DNA of 64,000 nt, from assembly GCF_000143415.4 (NCBI RefSeq), contig NW_003314288.1, forward strand, positions 22,002 through 86,001, in the 5' to 3' direction. This document shows, piece after piece, positions 39,641-52,372 of this stretch. Under the pieces are notes generated by a model. That model saw only the letters and a program-made list of their open reading frames with translations, did no database searches and was not told the DNA's origin. Within the stretch, counting starts at the first letter, position 1, and the number at the start of each line of letters is the position of its first letter. The position numbers and the translations under genes were made by a program. This stretch comes from Selaginella moellendorffii. Its lineage: Eukaryota > Plantae > Lycopodiophyta.

Positions 39641-39777
39641 ATCATATGTTGGTCCTTTAGTATCCCTTTTTTAGAGCGTCACTTATTGCTCGCTTTGTGC
39701 CCCTTCCTCGAGCACTTAGTTGGGAGTTCCACTCCCGCTCTTGACTTTTTGAATTGGAGCTTTTAGTCCATATATGT

Positions 39778-39876
39778 CAGTGTTTTATTTCGGCCGCCAA
39801 AAAGCCATTTGAAATGGCTTTTTGGCAAAGAAAAAGCCATTTCAAATGGCTTTTTGGCAGCTGAAATATAACACTG
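39778..39876. mobile_element. 99-bp palindromic hAT-type MITE
   Basis: Termini CAGTGTT...AACACTG, ~45-bp inverted arms, perfect 8-bp TSD ATATATGT (39770-39777 / 39877-39884). Confidence 0.88.
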
Positions 39877-42800
39877 ATATATGTCACATCATTTGGCTTC
39901 CACCTCAACCACTACCACATAGCACCGTTTCAGCTCCTCTTTGGGGCCTAAGGATTTTATGTCTCACACTATAGCCACAAAATAAAGAAGGCTATCTTCA
40001 ATGCAACATTGAGAATATAAATGCCAAAATGATAAGTCATCAACAAGTGATGTAAGATTTTCAAACTCTTTTCGAATCCTTTGAATCTACGGCTCAATCT
40101 TTTGAGCTTCACAAACCTCATCAACAGAAGGTAAATCTTGCTCTACACCTTGTGGACACTAAACATCAAGTACAGTAACCACCAATGGCATAGAATCTTC
40201 ATCTAGAAAATCCACAGATGCTAGAACAACAGGCTCATCAGAAACATGAGAAGAGAATAAAGAAGGAAGAGGAGCTTAAGAAATAGCATCAACATTAGCC
40301 ATAGAACTCCCCAGGTGATGAATAACATCAAAATTATATATCTGAAACTTCAAAGCCCACTGAGCAGTATGATCAACCAAGTTCTTCCGCTTCAATAATG
40401 AAGTAACAGCACCATGATCACCTTGTAGTAGCATCCGAGAACTATGTAAATATGCATGAAGTTTCTCAAAACCCCAAACTACTGCTAAATACTCCTCTGT
40501 CGTGGAGTAGTTCACTTCCACCAGTTGTAATATATGGTTGATGTATGCAATAGGATAGCACTGATCAGCCACACTTGAGCTCTCTTTCATTAACAGATTT
40601 GCAAAACCAATATCAGAAGCATCCACGTGCAAAATGAAAGGTCGAGTTAGACAATCCAAAAGATTAGTAATGTGAGAAAAAGGGTACATATCCAAAATCA
40701 TCATTTTGTTTAACAAACGATAGTTGATACAAAAATTAATACTCCCATCAAATTTCATCAGAAGATGAGGTCCACATGCCCAAGGACTTCGCAACTTTTA
40801 AATAACACCATTTTCCAACATCTCTTTGACGTTTGCACTTAAAATCTTAATCTCTTTGGGTGACCGACGACGAACAAGAACCTTAATTGGACGAGCATCC
40901 CTAATTGGAATCAGATGATATGTGGCAATCTTGGCCCTAGATGACAAGTCAAATTCAAAGAGATCAACATACTCCTTCATAAGTTGGTCAACCGCTGCAA
41001 CACAGAGACTGTTGAAGGGATCGAAAAGGGAAGAGTAGAACAAAATGAAAACATAGGAGGAACTAATGGGGAGACAAAAATAATAGAAGTAGAGGTAGAA
41101 GTAGAGGAACGAAGAGGTACGGAAGTGAAAAGAATGGATGAAATATAAGAAAATATTACACAAGGAGGAGAAGTCTCAAAGTCACACTTGGCATGATTGC
41201 ATTGTAACCAATCCATACCAAGAATAAGATCAAAAGCTTGACTCAACACCACCCGCAATAACTACAACTCAAGCTTGAGATTGCCAACATGCATAACCAG
41301 ATCTACCTCATCCCGCGCACATGCATGTGTACAGCCGTTGCTATAAAGAATGAAAACTAGCTCCGTCACATGACGCAAGTGTAAATAGCAATATATGGCA
41401 ACAGGTCAAACAATAGAAAATAAAGTCAAACCTATATCAACCAAACTAAAAAAAAGCAAGAGTGAATCACCACCCAAAACATTTTAGTAACCAAGTTAAT
41501 CAAAGTCGAAGATACAACCAACATAGAGAGAATAATAGAAGACCTCTTATTATAAAAATGAGCTTGAAAAGTAAACATTAGATGAATTGGTGCCGAATGA
41601 ACCCTTTGATGATACTCCTGAACAAAAGATGGAAGGGTCGCTGACTTATTTGCGCAAAGTCTCTCCGTTACTCACACAACTCCTCATTTCCTGAATGCAT
41701 CTCGATGTTCAAACTTTCCACTGCAGCAGCACCAATAGGACGTTGTTGACACCAAGGTCTCCACCCAGGAAATGAAGGCTGCCAATCTGGAAAATGCCGA
41801 CAATGCTGATAAGTGTGACCAATTTCATCACATGCCCAATAATGAACATTAGAGCCACAACCTCATCCTTGCCCTTGTCCTTGGACTCAAGTCGTAGTAA
41901 CATCAACCTCCATTGGAACAGGGAGCTGAAGGAGGTGTAGCGAGTCTCATAACATTGTGTCAAGCGAAAAGCATCGTTAAGAGTGGCTAAAGCAAGTGCA
42001 TGCACAAGTTCAACAAAATCTTGATGAAGTGTTGGCCACAACATTCCTAGCTTGATCCGCTTTGACATATTTGGCTCTGCACAAAGTAAGAGGCTTCGAA
42101 AACGAACACCAAATTGCATCACTAACTCAGATAGCTTTTGATGAAGATGATGCAATTGTTGGAAGGCGTCATCACAATCATCAGCATGTTCGAATGTGTT
42201 TTTGAAGATGTCCGGGAGAACACTCCAATCCCCACGAGTGGCTGCATTCAAACCATTGTACTACTATAATGGCATCCCTTAGAAACACATGGGAAACTCA
42301 TGCGAATATTAAGCATCATCTCAAAAATGATATGTGGTAATCACTATGAAGTGATCAAATGAATGGTACACATCATCCTCTGGATTCCCATGAAAGAACT
42401 CTAGTGGAACGCAAGGATTGGCACAAAAAGTAGAAGGAGCTGTACCACGTGCTATGAATGCCACCATCAACTGAGTTTAGTTATTCAATTACAAATGCAT
42501 AGCATTAAGCAATTGCACCAACTATTGCTCCAGAGTCAAAGGAGGAGATTATTTCTCTACCATGAAGATGAATGAAAAGGAAAGAGTAAAAGAAAAGAAA
42601 TTAAAAAAGTTAGAAGAGAATAGAGATTTAGACAATGCAAAAACTAAATTAAAATTAAAATCTTGAAAGGAAAGAACAAAAGAAATGAAATGGAAAAAGC
42701 TAAATCTAAACTAAAATCCCAAATCCAAGCACTCTTCAAAAACAATCAACGATGCCTCTTAACTCCACCAATGTGAGTGCATGGAATATAGAAAGGGAAT

Positions 42801-43294
42801 ATAGAAAATCTTTTTCATATAATATAAAAATTTATAGTTTTGTAAGGTCCAAATGTACAACTACAATACCATATACTAATATTAGTGTAGTGGGATTTTA
42901 ATAATTGTCAGATTGGTTTCTACTCGCTCTTGTATATAAACTAGGGCTTTTGGGCTAATTGATATGTATAACATAATGTATTAAAAATGATATTTATAGG
43001 ATTAAATTTCTCTTATTAATCTCAAGCTTAAGTTTTTAATTTCTTGAATTTAAATTTAACATAGTTTTAGTTTTCAGTTAAAAATTATAATAACGTACTA
43101 GCAATTATAATAACAGTTCTGATTAAATCAACTAGAAGAAGGATATATTACCATTTCAGACAGACATACTGACGATTTTTTAAGCTTCATTTATAATTTC
43201 TTAGCAGCCGTCGCAATGCATGTAGTTCTCGTTCTCCGAGAGGGAGAGCGTTGAGCTGTTTCTCGTTTATAGCCTCTGGATGGACAAGAAACCA

Positions 43295-44251
43295 TCAGCA
43301 ATGCATATAGTTCTCGTTCTCGTCGTTGTGATCGTTGCTGCCAGATCCAAATCGCTTGGATCCTGGCTCTAGGCTGCTGCACCAAAACGCAAAATGCTCG
43401 TCTCGTCGAGCACTGCTCACCAATCCACCGCAGTCGCGGCACACAAAGCTGCTTCCATCGGCCGACGCGTCCACCACCACTTGCATCCTTCCACTCTCGG
43501 CGAGGATCGGGACGAGGTCCGGCGTGGCGTGGGAGTGATGATCCTGGGACGACGACGAGGATGATCCATTCTCCGTCATCGCAAAGTCCATGCCCGCTGC
43601 CGTGGGTGCCAAAGTCGGCGTGGAGGTGGTGGCCGCCTGATCGCTGCTGTTGTGGGATTTTTGGGAGGCTTCTTCCACAATGGCGCAAGCCTCGGCAAAC
43701 AACGCTGAGAGATCGCTGGCAACCGCGGCGGCTTTGGCTTGGCTGAGGTACTCTTCGTGTGCTCGTCTCAAGGCCGGGACTATTTCTGCCTCGCCTGCGG
43801 AGATCCTTAACGCTGTCACCACCTAGAGCGATTTCCACAGATGTTAGAAAAGCTCTCAAAGTTGTGTCGGCAAGCAATCCTTGGAAAAAACTATGGAGAA
43901 AACTAGTCACACCACCTAGAGAGATTTTCACAGGTTGCGGCAATCGATCCTCGGAAAAACTATGGAACGCAAACAAACAATCTAGGAGAAAACAGTCACA
44001 CCACCAGAGAACCAAAAAAAGGATGAAAAGAAAACTGTTCATAGTTGCCGAGCTACAAACTTCAAAGTAGCCAAAAGAACGAGCGACATTGACAATCGCT
44101 TAGGGCAAGCCAGCAGCAAGGAAACGATACAATGCGCGAAGAAATCACTCACCGCTTGCAGCGCGAGGCCCGGATTCCCCTCGCTGATCAATCTGCGCGC
44201 TCTCTGGAGGATCGCGACGATCTCGTTGGCTCCAGAGGGACCGCGGTCCAT
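43295..44251 (-). CDS. Conserved uncharacterised plant protein with a C-terminal C2HC zinc finger; 2 exons (44251-44153, 43822-43295)
   Basis: GT..AG phase-0 intron joins MDRGPSG..GNPGLALQA to VVTALR...; C-terminal ILAESGRMQVVVDASADGSSFVCRDCGGLVSSARRDEHFAFWC. Confidence 0.8.
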
Positions 44252-44406
44252 CGCGAAACCCAAAATCTTAGACCTAAAAATGTGGCTATAGGTAACAATA
44301 TCTCTTCTCCATTTTATACACAACGAGCTCACTCGGTTCGTTCTTTCTCACTCTGGAGGAAAGAAGAAAAAGAAAAAATTTAGAACTTCTCGGATCAAAA
44401 TTTTTT

Positions 44407-47372
44407 TCAGCTCTTTTGCTGCTGCTGCTGCTCCTGCTGCTGCTCCTGCTGCTGCTTCTGCTTCTTCTTTTTCGCGCTTTCATTCAACTCATTCGCTAGA
44501 ACTTCCGAGTCCGCCGTGGTGCCAAGCTTCACAATGTCCTCCACTAGAATTTTTCCCTCTGGAGAAAACCGAGAAAACTTAGCACGAAAAGCGAGAGTTT
44601 GCTTTTTCCACAAAAGCTTACCCGGATCTTTCGCGAGCTTGCTAACGAGCTCTTGGACAGGCTCGTGGCCCAGGGTGTCTTTCAGGAACATCGCCGCCGC
44701 GGCCACCTCCTCGGCTGTGACTTTACCATCCGAGTCTCTGAATGACAAAATGTGAGAAAAGAATCCATCGAGGACGAGTAAATCAAAACTAAACCTGTCC
44801 AGGATTCTCCATTTGTCTCCAATCTCGGCATCCACAGCGTCAATCTCCTTCTCCAGCTTATGGAGCATTCTGTCAACCTGGAAACAAACGAAAGGCTCTC
44901 TCTTGTCAGTCAAACATGGATGTGAAAAGCATTTCTCCACCTTCGAAATCAAGGCTTGTGAGATCTTCGTGCCAGTAGACGCGTCGTCTTTGTCCTCCTC
45001 TTTGTCCTTCATTCTTGCGGCCTGATATGCCTTTTTCGCCTCTTCCGCGCCTGTGTCCTCCAGCATGCTATTGTAGATTCCAATCTGGAAAACCCGCAGC
45101 TTAGTCAAGCGTAGCACAAACACTGTCGTACCTCTTTGTTGACAAGCCGCAGGAACTCTCCCCTTTCCTTGCTGACAGAGGATGCCGAGGCCAAGACAGC
45201 AAGTGCGCTACTGAGCTTGCACAGTCTGTCTTGTTGCTCTTTCCGCTTCTCCCTTGCTAGCTCTACAGCCTCCTGCGCAGTAGACACCTTCATCTCTGAT
45301 AGTGCCTTGTCAACTTGTTCAGCTGCCTCTTGCTTGCGTCGTCTCTCCAGTTCTTCTTCCTCGTCTTCTGCCTCTTCCTGCTTCGACAAAACATGAGTCC
45401 AATCAGGAAACAAGAGGAATATAAACTCTGCATGCCTTGATAAACTCCTCCTGCGACTGCAGGTACTCTATCTTCCGTAGCCGCTCTTCCAGAGCATCTT
45501 CGCTTGGAAGGACCGTCACACCGACGGATTCCACGACCTCATCCGGCAAAGAAAGCAGCGTTGCCTGGACTGCTTCTTCGAGCTTCAGGTTGCCAGAGAG
45601 GAACGCCCTTGGAAAAAAAAATGACAAAAGCTCAGGTTAGATTAAAGCAGCATTAGAACAACGGCAACCAACCTCGAGAGGATAAGCAGTGAAGAGGGAA
45701 GAGCATGGTTCAAAGACAGATCGAGCCAGTTGCGTAGCTGCCAGAAAAATTGATTGAGCCTGACAAGGTATTCCCTAAAACCAGCATACCTGTTGTTTTA
45801 GCTCGTCAACAGAAGTGATTTCAAGTATTCCTCGTTCTCTACACGCTGACACCAGCTCCGGTTCTGATAGAGAATCTATGCCTTCGGTTTGAATCATTAT
45901 ATCATCGGCTTTGATGCTATAAAACACAGGCGTTTAAAACTCTTGGAACAAGCAGCAAGTAAACTTACCGAGCCAACTTTTGACGAAGGCTGTACCGCAA
46001 GTATGCGTCAGTTCCATACGCCTGAATCCCCATGTATTTGCACATGTTTAAAAGCCGGGGCCTGTAGTAGTAGTAGAAAACAAAAAGAATGCTATCATTT
46101 GTTCATACTCGAGGCAAACCTGGAGATGTTATCAAGTGTCAGCTCGTCGTTGAAAAACTTTGCGAATGCAAGTATGTCCTCGTTGCTGACTCTCCTACCA
46201 GTTCGAACCTAGAAAAGTAGCCAAACATACGAGTAAAGCTGGTTGCAAAGCATGTTGCGGGACTTACTTTCACTAAGAACTCAGTCAAGTCCTCGGCAGT
46301 CCGTTGGACGTCGCTGCTGTTACTCTTTGTCTTTACCTCCTTGGCCATTTCCTCCACTGTCTCCTGTAAGAACCTCGCGTACTCCATGCGTGCATTCAGC
46401 CTCTTCTTCAGCTTCTCCTACAGCAAGGAAACAAAGATCGTTGTACGTGATCCTAGAAGGTAGCAAACCGCTTACCTGTTCTTTCATCTTGTCTTGAAAC
46501 GTCGATGGGAGCATGTTGGGAAAGACTTTGAGAAACACCGGGAGAAGGAACTCCATAAAAGGGACGATGATGAACACCGCAAACGGGACCAATCTGAAAA
46601 TGTCGGCCGCTGTTCGCGTCAGCTGCTTCCTCTCGCGGCGAGACAAAGTCTGTCCCCGGAGAAGCTTTAACAAAAGCCGCGACGAGATCCTCACGTCAAC
46701 CCACAGGAGCTTTGTCCCGAGCCAGTAGTGCTGCAGAGTTTCCTTGAGAGACTTCGACCACCCTTTGATCTTCACAGCCCAGTCCGCTCTACAAGAAAAA
46801 AAAAATTAAAAATTAAAAAACGAGTGTTAGATTTTTCTGCCTGGAAGAGAGGAAGGAAATACTAGCCTGCTCATAGAAGCGATGGCCCTGAGCGCTGGTC
46901 CAATCCCGATCAGAGCGTTCCACACCCTTGTCACAACGCTAACTTTCTTTGGAGCTTCTTTGGTGAGCGCTTTGGCCTTGGCGGAGCTCAATCCTTCCAC
47001 TGCCTGGTCGCATTCCTCCGGAGATGGATCGTGCTTGGCCGGCTTTTCTTCCGGCTCGTCCTCATCGACCTGGACTGCCGACGAGCGCGATGGCGCGCAA
47101 GGAAACCTGGTGGAGCTAGACAGAAACCTGGATTTCGCTCCAGCGCTGGCCTGAAATTTCTCCTCCGCCAATCCTTGGACGACGCCAAAAGGCCCCAATC
47201 CTCGAAATGCCGCGGCCTTGCGATCCTGGAGGGCATGATCGGGGGCGAAGCTCGGCGTCGCGGCTTCTCCTGCGGGAGCATTCTGATGGAGGAAAGAAAA
47301 GGAATGGAGAGAATGCAGCCGAGGCGCGACGAATCGCCTCGCAAGCCTGCGCTGGTCAACACTACGCAGCAT
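44407..47372 (-). CDS. LETM1: Mitochondrial LETM1/EF-hand protein, multi-exon
   Basis: HYWLGTKLLWVDVRISSRLL..LSRRERKQLTRTAADIFRLVPFAVFIIVPFMEFLLPVFLKVFPNMLPSTF; EF-hand-like LDRDSDGKVTAEE; Arg-rich N-terminal presequence; short GT-AG introns. Start codon inferred. Confidence 0.93.
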
Positions 47373-47527
47373 CGTCAATGCGACCTAGAGTCGCGGTGTC
47401 GATCACGGAGCTCGTGTAGCACCACACCCTAACGCCATAAACCCTAAAACTTGGAAGCCACGTAGGGAAGAGAGAATATTCTACGCATTTAAAGGAAGAA
47501 AAAAATTCCTCGACCTTCCGAGAGATT

Positions 47528-50500
47528 CTAGCTCGCTCTTTTCTGGCTCCAAGGAGAAATCTGAAAGAACCAACGCAGACAAAGCTCCTTGAGCTTGGAA
47601 AATCTATGATCTCACTTCACTGACCTTGTCTTGAAGCTGTGAAAGCTTGAGCTCGCATTCTTTCTTTTGCTCCAAGGCTCTCAGCATCATCGCCTCCAGC
47701 CAGTGATTCTCAGCTTCGACCTGTTTAGACGATCATCGTTGCAGCTAGTAACAAAATCTACGAGCCTCAATTCAATCACCTGGCCAAGAGCTGCGAGTCT
47801 CTGACGCTCTAAAGCAAGCTGTTGTGTTAGAAACGAGTGCTCCTGTCAAGAGCATGTAAGCTTCGCATGAAGTGCTGCCAAAGTTTGTGTACCTTTCGCA
47901 CTTGATCGAGCCAGGAAGTGTCAACTATCCATTTTTTCTGCTGCCGCGGTGGTACTGCCAGAGAAAGAGCTTCCGGAGCCGGCAATTCATGAGTCCATCG
48001 GTCCTCGATCGTGTTATCCCTGGACACGCAGCTAAAATCTCCAACAGTGAGAATAGAAAACAGAAAGAAAAAAGTTTCGAGTACCTTAGAGGATTCCATG
48101 ATCGATCACTCGAAGTTCCCGGTTGGACCATCAAGCTCGTGAGGCTTCTCTCGACTGCTCGCGGTCGCACTGACGGCGGAGAACCATATTTGATCAGCCT
48201 GGACCTCCTATCCGGAGAAACGCTCAGCATCTCCTTCTCCACATGAAGCAAGGCTTCGTCCAGCTCTTCCTCTCTCGTTGGCTTCTTCACTTTCGATCTC
48301 TCCAGCTCCACCACCTTGCCTTTCAGCTCACATATGTACTGATCCACCTCGTTCAAGTGAGAAGCGTGAACTTTAACCATGTCACCTTTTGGCGTGCTCT
48401 TGAACAAGTGATCCACGCTCTCGTCCGGAGCTTTCCTCATCAAAGTCCACTGCAGTTCTCTGATGGTCCCGTTTAAGAGCGCGATCGCATCGGAGCTCTC
48501 AGAGCGCTCCGTCTCTAGCACCTTTAGCAGCTCCGTCTTCTCGGCCAGAATTTTCTGCTCCGTTCTCCTCCAAGTTTCCACCTTCTGTGCGTACATTGCC
48601 TCTTGGCGTTCTCGTTCTTGCGTCCACGCTTCTTCCCGTCTTTCTAGCTCCAGTTCGGGTTCACTCCTGGCCTTTTGTAGCTCAGCCTCCTTCACGCACA
48701 GCTCTTCCCGCAGGTTTTGTATCGCAAGCATTGCCTCGCTAATCTGCTTGTCGAATACGGCAACCTTCTCCAGAGCAAATTGCCACTCTTCGTGTCTCTT
48801 GTCACCAGAACTGCTGCTTGTGTCTCCTGTCCGTTCACTGTCCATGCCGTTCTCTGGAGCTGCTACTGCAAAACTTAGCTCCGCGTTCTCGTGCTGCAAC
48901 CTTGAGACTTCGTCTTCGAGCTCTTTCTGGACCACAAGCACCTTCGAAATGCGAGCTTCTTCCATCCTTTTCTCTCTTTTCAAGCAATCAAGCTCCTCCG
49001 TTTTCTTGCGCAACTCCAACCTCAAACTTGACAGCTCTTGCACCATCTCGTTCACTCTCTTCTGCACCTCTGCCACTAGCTTCCCCTTCGATGCAAGCAC
49101 ACTTTCTCTCTCCAGTCTTTCCTTCTCAAGCTCCCGTTCCATAAGCTGCATTTCGCTCCGGAATTTGTCGACCCGAGTTTCCATCTCAAGCTCCTTTGAC
49201 TCGAGCTGTCTCCTCAGGCTTTCGGCTTCAGCAGTCCTGTTGGTTACGATGGTCTCCATTTGCTTTCTTTCCCACTGCATTTGGCTTTCCTTCTCGTTCA
49301 TTTTGCTTTTCAGCTCCTCCACCAGCGATAGTGTGTCAATAACTTTCTCTTCCAGCTCGCTTCTTTCGGAACTCGCCTTCTCTGTTCCCACGCTGTCCGA
49401 TCTGTTTGAAGCTCCTTCTGAATGTCTCTCAAGGTCCACAGCCATTGCATCGCCACTTTGGTCGACACTTTGTTCCGGCCTGGTATCCTGAGAAGAGTCG
49501 GTTCGTTCTTCAAGGTCCTGCTTCTTATGCTTCTTATACAGAGCAAGGTCGCGCAGCAGCTGTTGGTGCACCGTTTTAAGCGTATGAAGCTCTCGGTCCT
49601 TCTCTTCTATAAGACGTTGAGTCTCCTCTCTCTGTGCTTTTAGCGCATTTTCTCTATCCCGAACGGCTTCCTCCAGCGCACTCTTTTCATTATCCCAATC
49701 CTTCCGGTACTCTCCGGCATTTTGTCTCCGCGATCTTTTCTCCAACGCAATATCCTCTTCATACCGTTCCGTCCTCTCTTCCAGTGAAGTCACCTTCTCG
49801 ATAAGCAACTTCTCCCGTTCAAGCCACATCGCATCGATTTCTGCCTCTCGATCCCTAGACCTCTTTAGCAACCGGTTAAGTTTCTCTTCGAGCTTGTCTC
49901 TCTCGGCCACGGCTGCGTCACGCTGCTTCTTCAACGCTTCAAACTGCTCGCCTTCCATCGCCTTGTGCAAGTCTTTTTTCACGCTGAAAATCGACGAGAG
50001 CCTCCCAACTTCTTTCTCAAGTTCCGTGAGGAAGGCACTGCTCGCATTTCCAGCTTTCTCTCTCGCTATCCTGTCCTTCAGCTTGTTGAAAAAACTCTCG
50101 ACCTTCTTGAGCTTTACCGTCGCAAATTTGTGCGCCAACCTTTCATCCTTGAGCAGACTAGAAAACTTTGCAGCCGCTTCCTCCGCGGCCAGTCTCCGCT
50201 CCTTCTCCATCGCCACGACAGAATCTCTTTCCTTCAGCAGTCCGGAAGCGCGTCCAATCTCTTTCTCCATCGCCAGCATCTGGCTCTCCATCTGCTTGAG
50301 ACGAGCACGCCATTCGTACCGCTCGTGCCGAAACTTTCTCTCGGTCTTCTCTTTCTCGAGAATGGTATCTTCCATAGCTTTCTTCTCTCGATCGTGCCGC
50401 TCGTCCGCCTCCTTGAGCATGTCCTCAAACGCGACGAGGATGTCGTGGGTGGGATTTGGCAGCGGCTTGTCACCACCATCACCATCACCACCACCACCAC

Positions 50501-51053
50501 CATCGAGCACTTCGATATCTTTCGGTACCACATTCTCGATCATCAGAGCTTGATTTCCATCCCCCTCGTGGAGCATCTTCTGCATCACATCGGCCGGCGT
50601 GCTTTCAAGCTGTGCCATTCTAAGCTCTTCCTCCAATCTCTTAACTCTATCCTTCAACACTTCCACCTGTTCTTCCAGTTCTTGCTCTCTACGCTCGAGC
50701 TCCCACTCACGCTCTCGTCGCTCCACCTCCATGGCCTCCTCCTCGGCTCTAATCCTCGAGCACACATCGTCCAGAATTCCCTCATACTCCACCTCGTCTT
50801 CTACCTTGTCGACCAGCTGCTGGACCTTCTGCCTCTCTAGCCTCTCTTGTACCTCTTTCTCGGTCTCTTGCAAGCTCCTAATCTGCCGCCACAGCGCCTT
50901 GGTCAAGACGATCTCTGGAATCTCTGGAACATCGGGCGCTGGCTCGCCGCCCGATCGCTCCTCCTGCATTGCCGCCGCGCCATTCTCTTGACCGATTCCT
51001 CCCTGCTCGCGATCTACAATGCAAGAGGAATCCGGAGCTCCGGCATCATCCAT
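47528..51053 (-). CDS. Large coiled-coil protein (>1000 aa) of unknown function
   Basis: ~3-kb E/K/R/L-rich first exon (ORF 47925-51053, probable donor near 48085), then several small exons (e.g. VEAENHWLEAMMLRALEQKKECELKLSQLQDK). The 3' end is approximate. Confidence 0.75.
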
Positions 51054-51346
51054 ACCAGATCAAAGCGCGCTGCATGCTCAGTCGATTGAATATTTCGAGC
51101 GCTCGATCCGTCCAGCCTCGCTGCCGCACAAAACCCTACCTCCGCGACACCGCCAAATGGAGCTCAAATATCGCCATAGCCACATTCTCTTCCTCATTGA
51201 ATGGACCGGCGGATAAGGCTATTGCCCAGTGCGCTCTCGCCAGAACCTACCGGCGGACAAATCGCAAACGTAGTAACAGTTACCTGGTTTCTACTACCCG
51301 TTACCTTTCTCTCTCTGGTTTTAGGGTTAGGGCTTAAAGGAGCTTT

Positions 51347-52135
51347 TCATTCTCCCAGATCGATGGAGTGTCCCAAGAGTTCACTCAATTCCTTTTCTAG
51401 CAAGCTTTGGAGCTCCACTTTCGTGCGTCGATAGACCCACTGTAAATCCTGCCAGTCGAATCTCGCCGGGCCACTGTTCCAAAACCATGAGATCGATCGA
51501 AAAATGCGAGTGGAAGATCATACCTCACAGGAGATGAGAGCCAGATTTGCCGGTTTGGAGTTTGCTTGTTGATAACATAAGTTCCCAGATCACCCAGACG
51601 AACAGTGAGAACTCCCTCCTGGAAAGAACCACAGCGCTAGGAGGAAAAGAAGATCAAGGCAGCGGCTAGCTTACAGCGAAGTCAGTGTCGAAGCCATCAA
51701 TCGCGAGCTTCTCCCCGTATTCCTGATCGCCCAATACAAAGTTAGAATGGATCTTTCCACCGCTCGCATTCTCACACTTACGTCGATCTTCTCTTGCAAA
51801 CGGTGGAGCGTCTCGTTTGCAACACTGTGGAACTCTTTCTCGGGCAATTGAGAGCTGGAACCAAGGAAAGAAATCAGCAAATCGAATCATAGATAAGTTC
51901 TTACATACCTATAGTCGACTGTGGCAGTGCCATTCGAGCCCTCTTGAGCTCCACACCATGCCCCGGCCGAGTGAAATCCTCTCGCCTCCGCCAAGCGAGA
52001 GCTCCCGGTGGAATTCCAGCCCCGACTCGTCCTCTCCATGAGATAGTAGCGCCCAACACTTGCACTGAGCCTCCATCTCCCACTAGTAGCCCGCGAGAAC
52101 AGCGAAGAAATCACACGGGCTGCTAGCTTCACCAT
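51347..52135 (-). CDS. FH: Frataxin, mitochondrial (5 exons)
   Basis: Spliced: [18 protein letters not shown] / [12 protein letters not shown] / [31 protein letters not shown] / [14 protein letters not shown]; N-terminal presequence. Confidence 0.93.
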
Positions 52136-52145
52136 CGCTTAGAAA

Positions 52146-52268
52146 TAGGGTTCTGCCACGTGGCCCAACCCCCGGCCAAACCAATCAAACTGCCACGTCT
52201 CCGGCCACAGGACACGTGGCCCAATCCCCTGCCCGGCCAAACCAATGAAATGGCCAGGTCCCCGGCCC
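52146..52268 (-). promoter_or_regulatory. Frataxin proximal promoter: duplicated ~56-bp unit with G-box, site II-like GGCCCA and CCAAT, plus a telo-box-like motif
   Basis: CACGTGGCCCA at 52157 and 52213, each followed by CCGGCCAAACCAAT; TAGGGTT at 52146. Confidence 0.55.
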
Positions 52269-52372
52269 CTCAATGATGTAGCGAAAGAAGAGAGGCAGAA
52301 AAACCGATGAGAGGATCCTTCCCTGTCCCTGTGTGTTCTTCCCAGAGAGAAAGAGAAGATCGCTTGCTCTTC

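Larger units (their letters stand above)
37975..42970 (-). mobile_element. Degenerate, internally deleted Gypsy element with ~170-bp LTRs
   Basis: 3' LTR 37975-38142 with adjacent PPT (GAGAGGAGGGGATGA on the minus strand). 5' LTR from 42772, partly inverted, with PBS TGGTGGAG at 42763-42770. Gag 41709-42550, protease (FDLILGMDWL), RT start fused to RNase H (LHVDASDIG; NYSTTEEYLAVVWG) at 40276-40794. Confidence 0.8.

Noticed and set aside
39109-39674. Ser-Asp repeat (adhesin-like) ORFs, also at 58705-59013 and 10390-10617
   Set aside because: Translations of the LTR hexamer array; no other domains.
48463-50840. Long plus-strand ORFs opposite the coiled-coil gene (and 55558-56997 opposite AXR1)
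   Set aside because: Antisense shadows of biased codon usage; no recognisable protein features.
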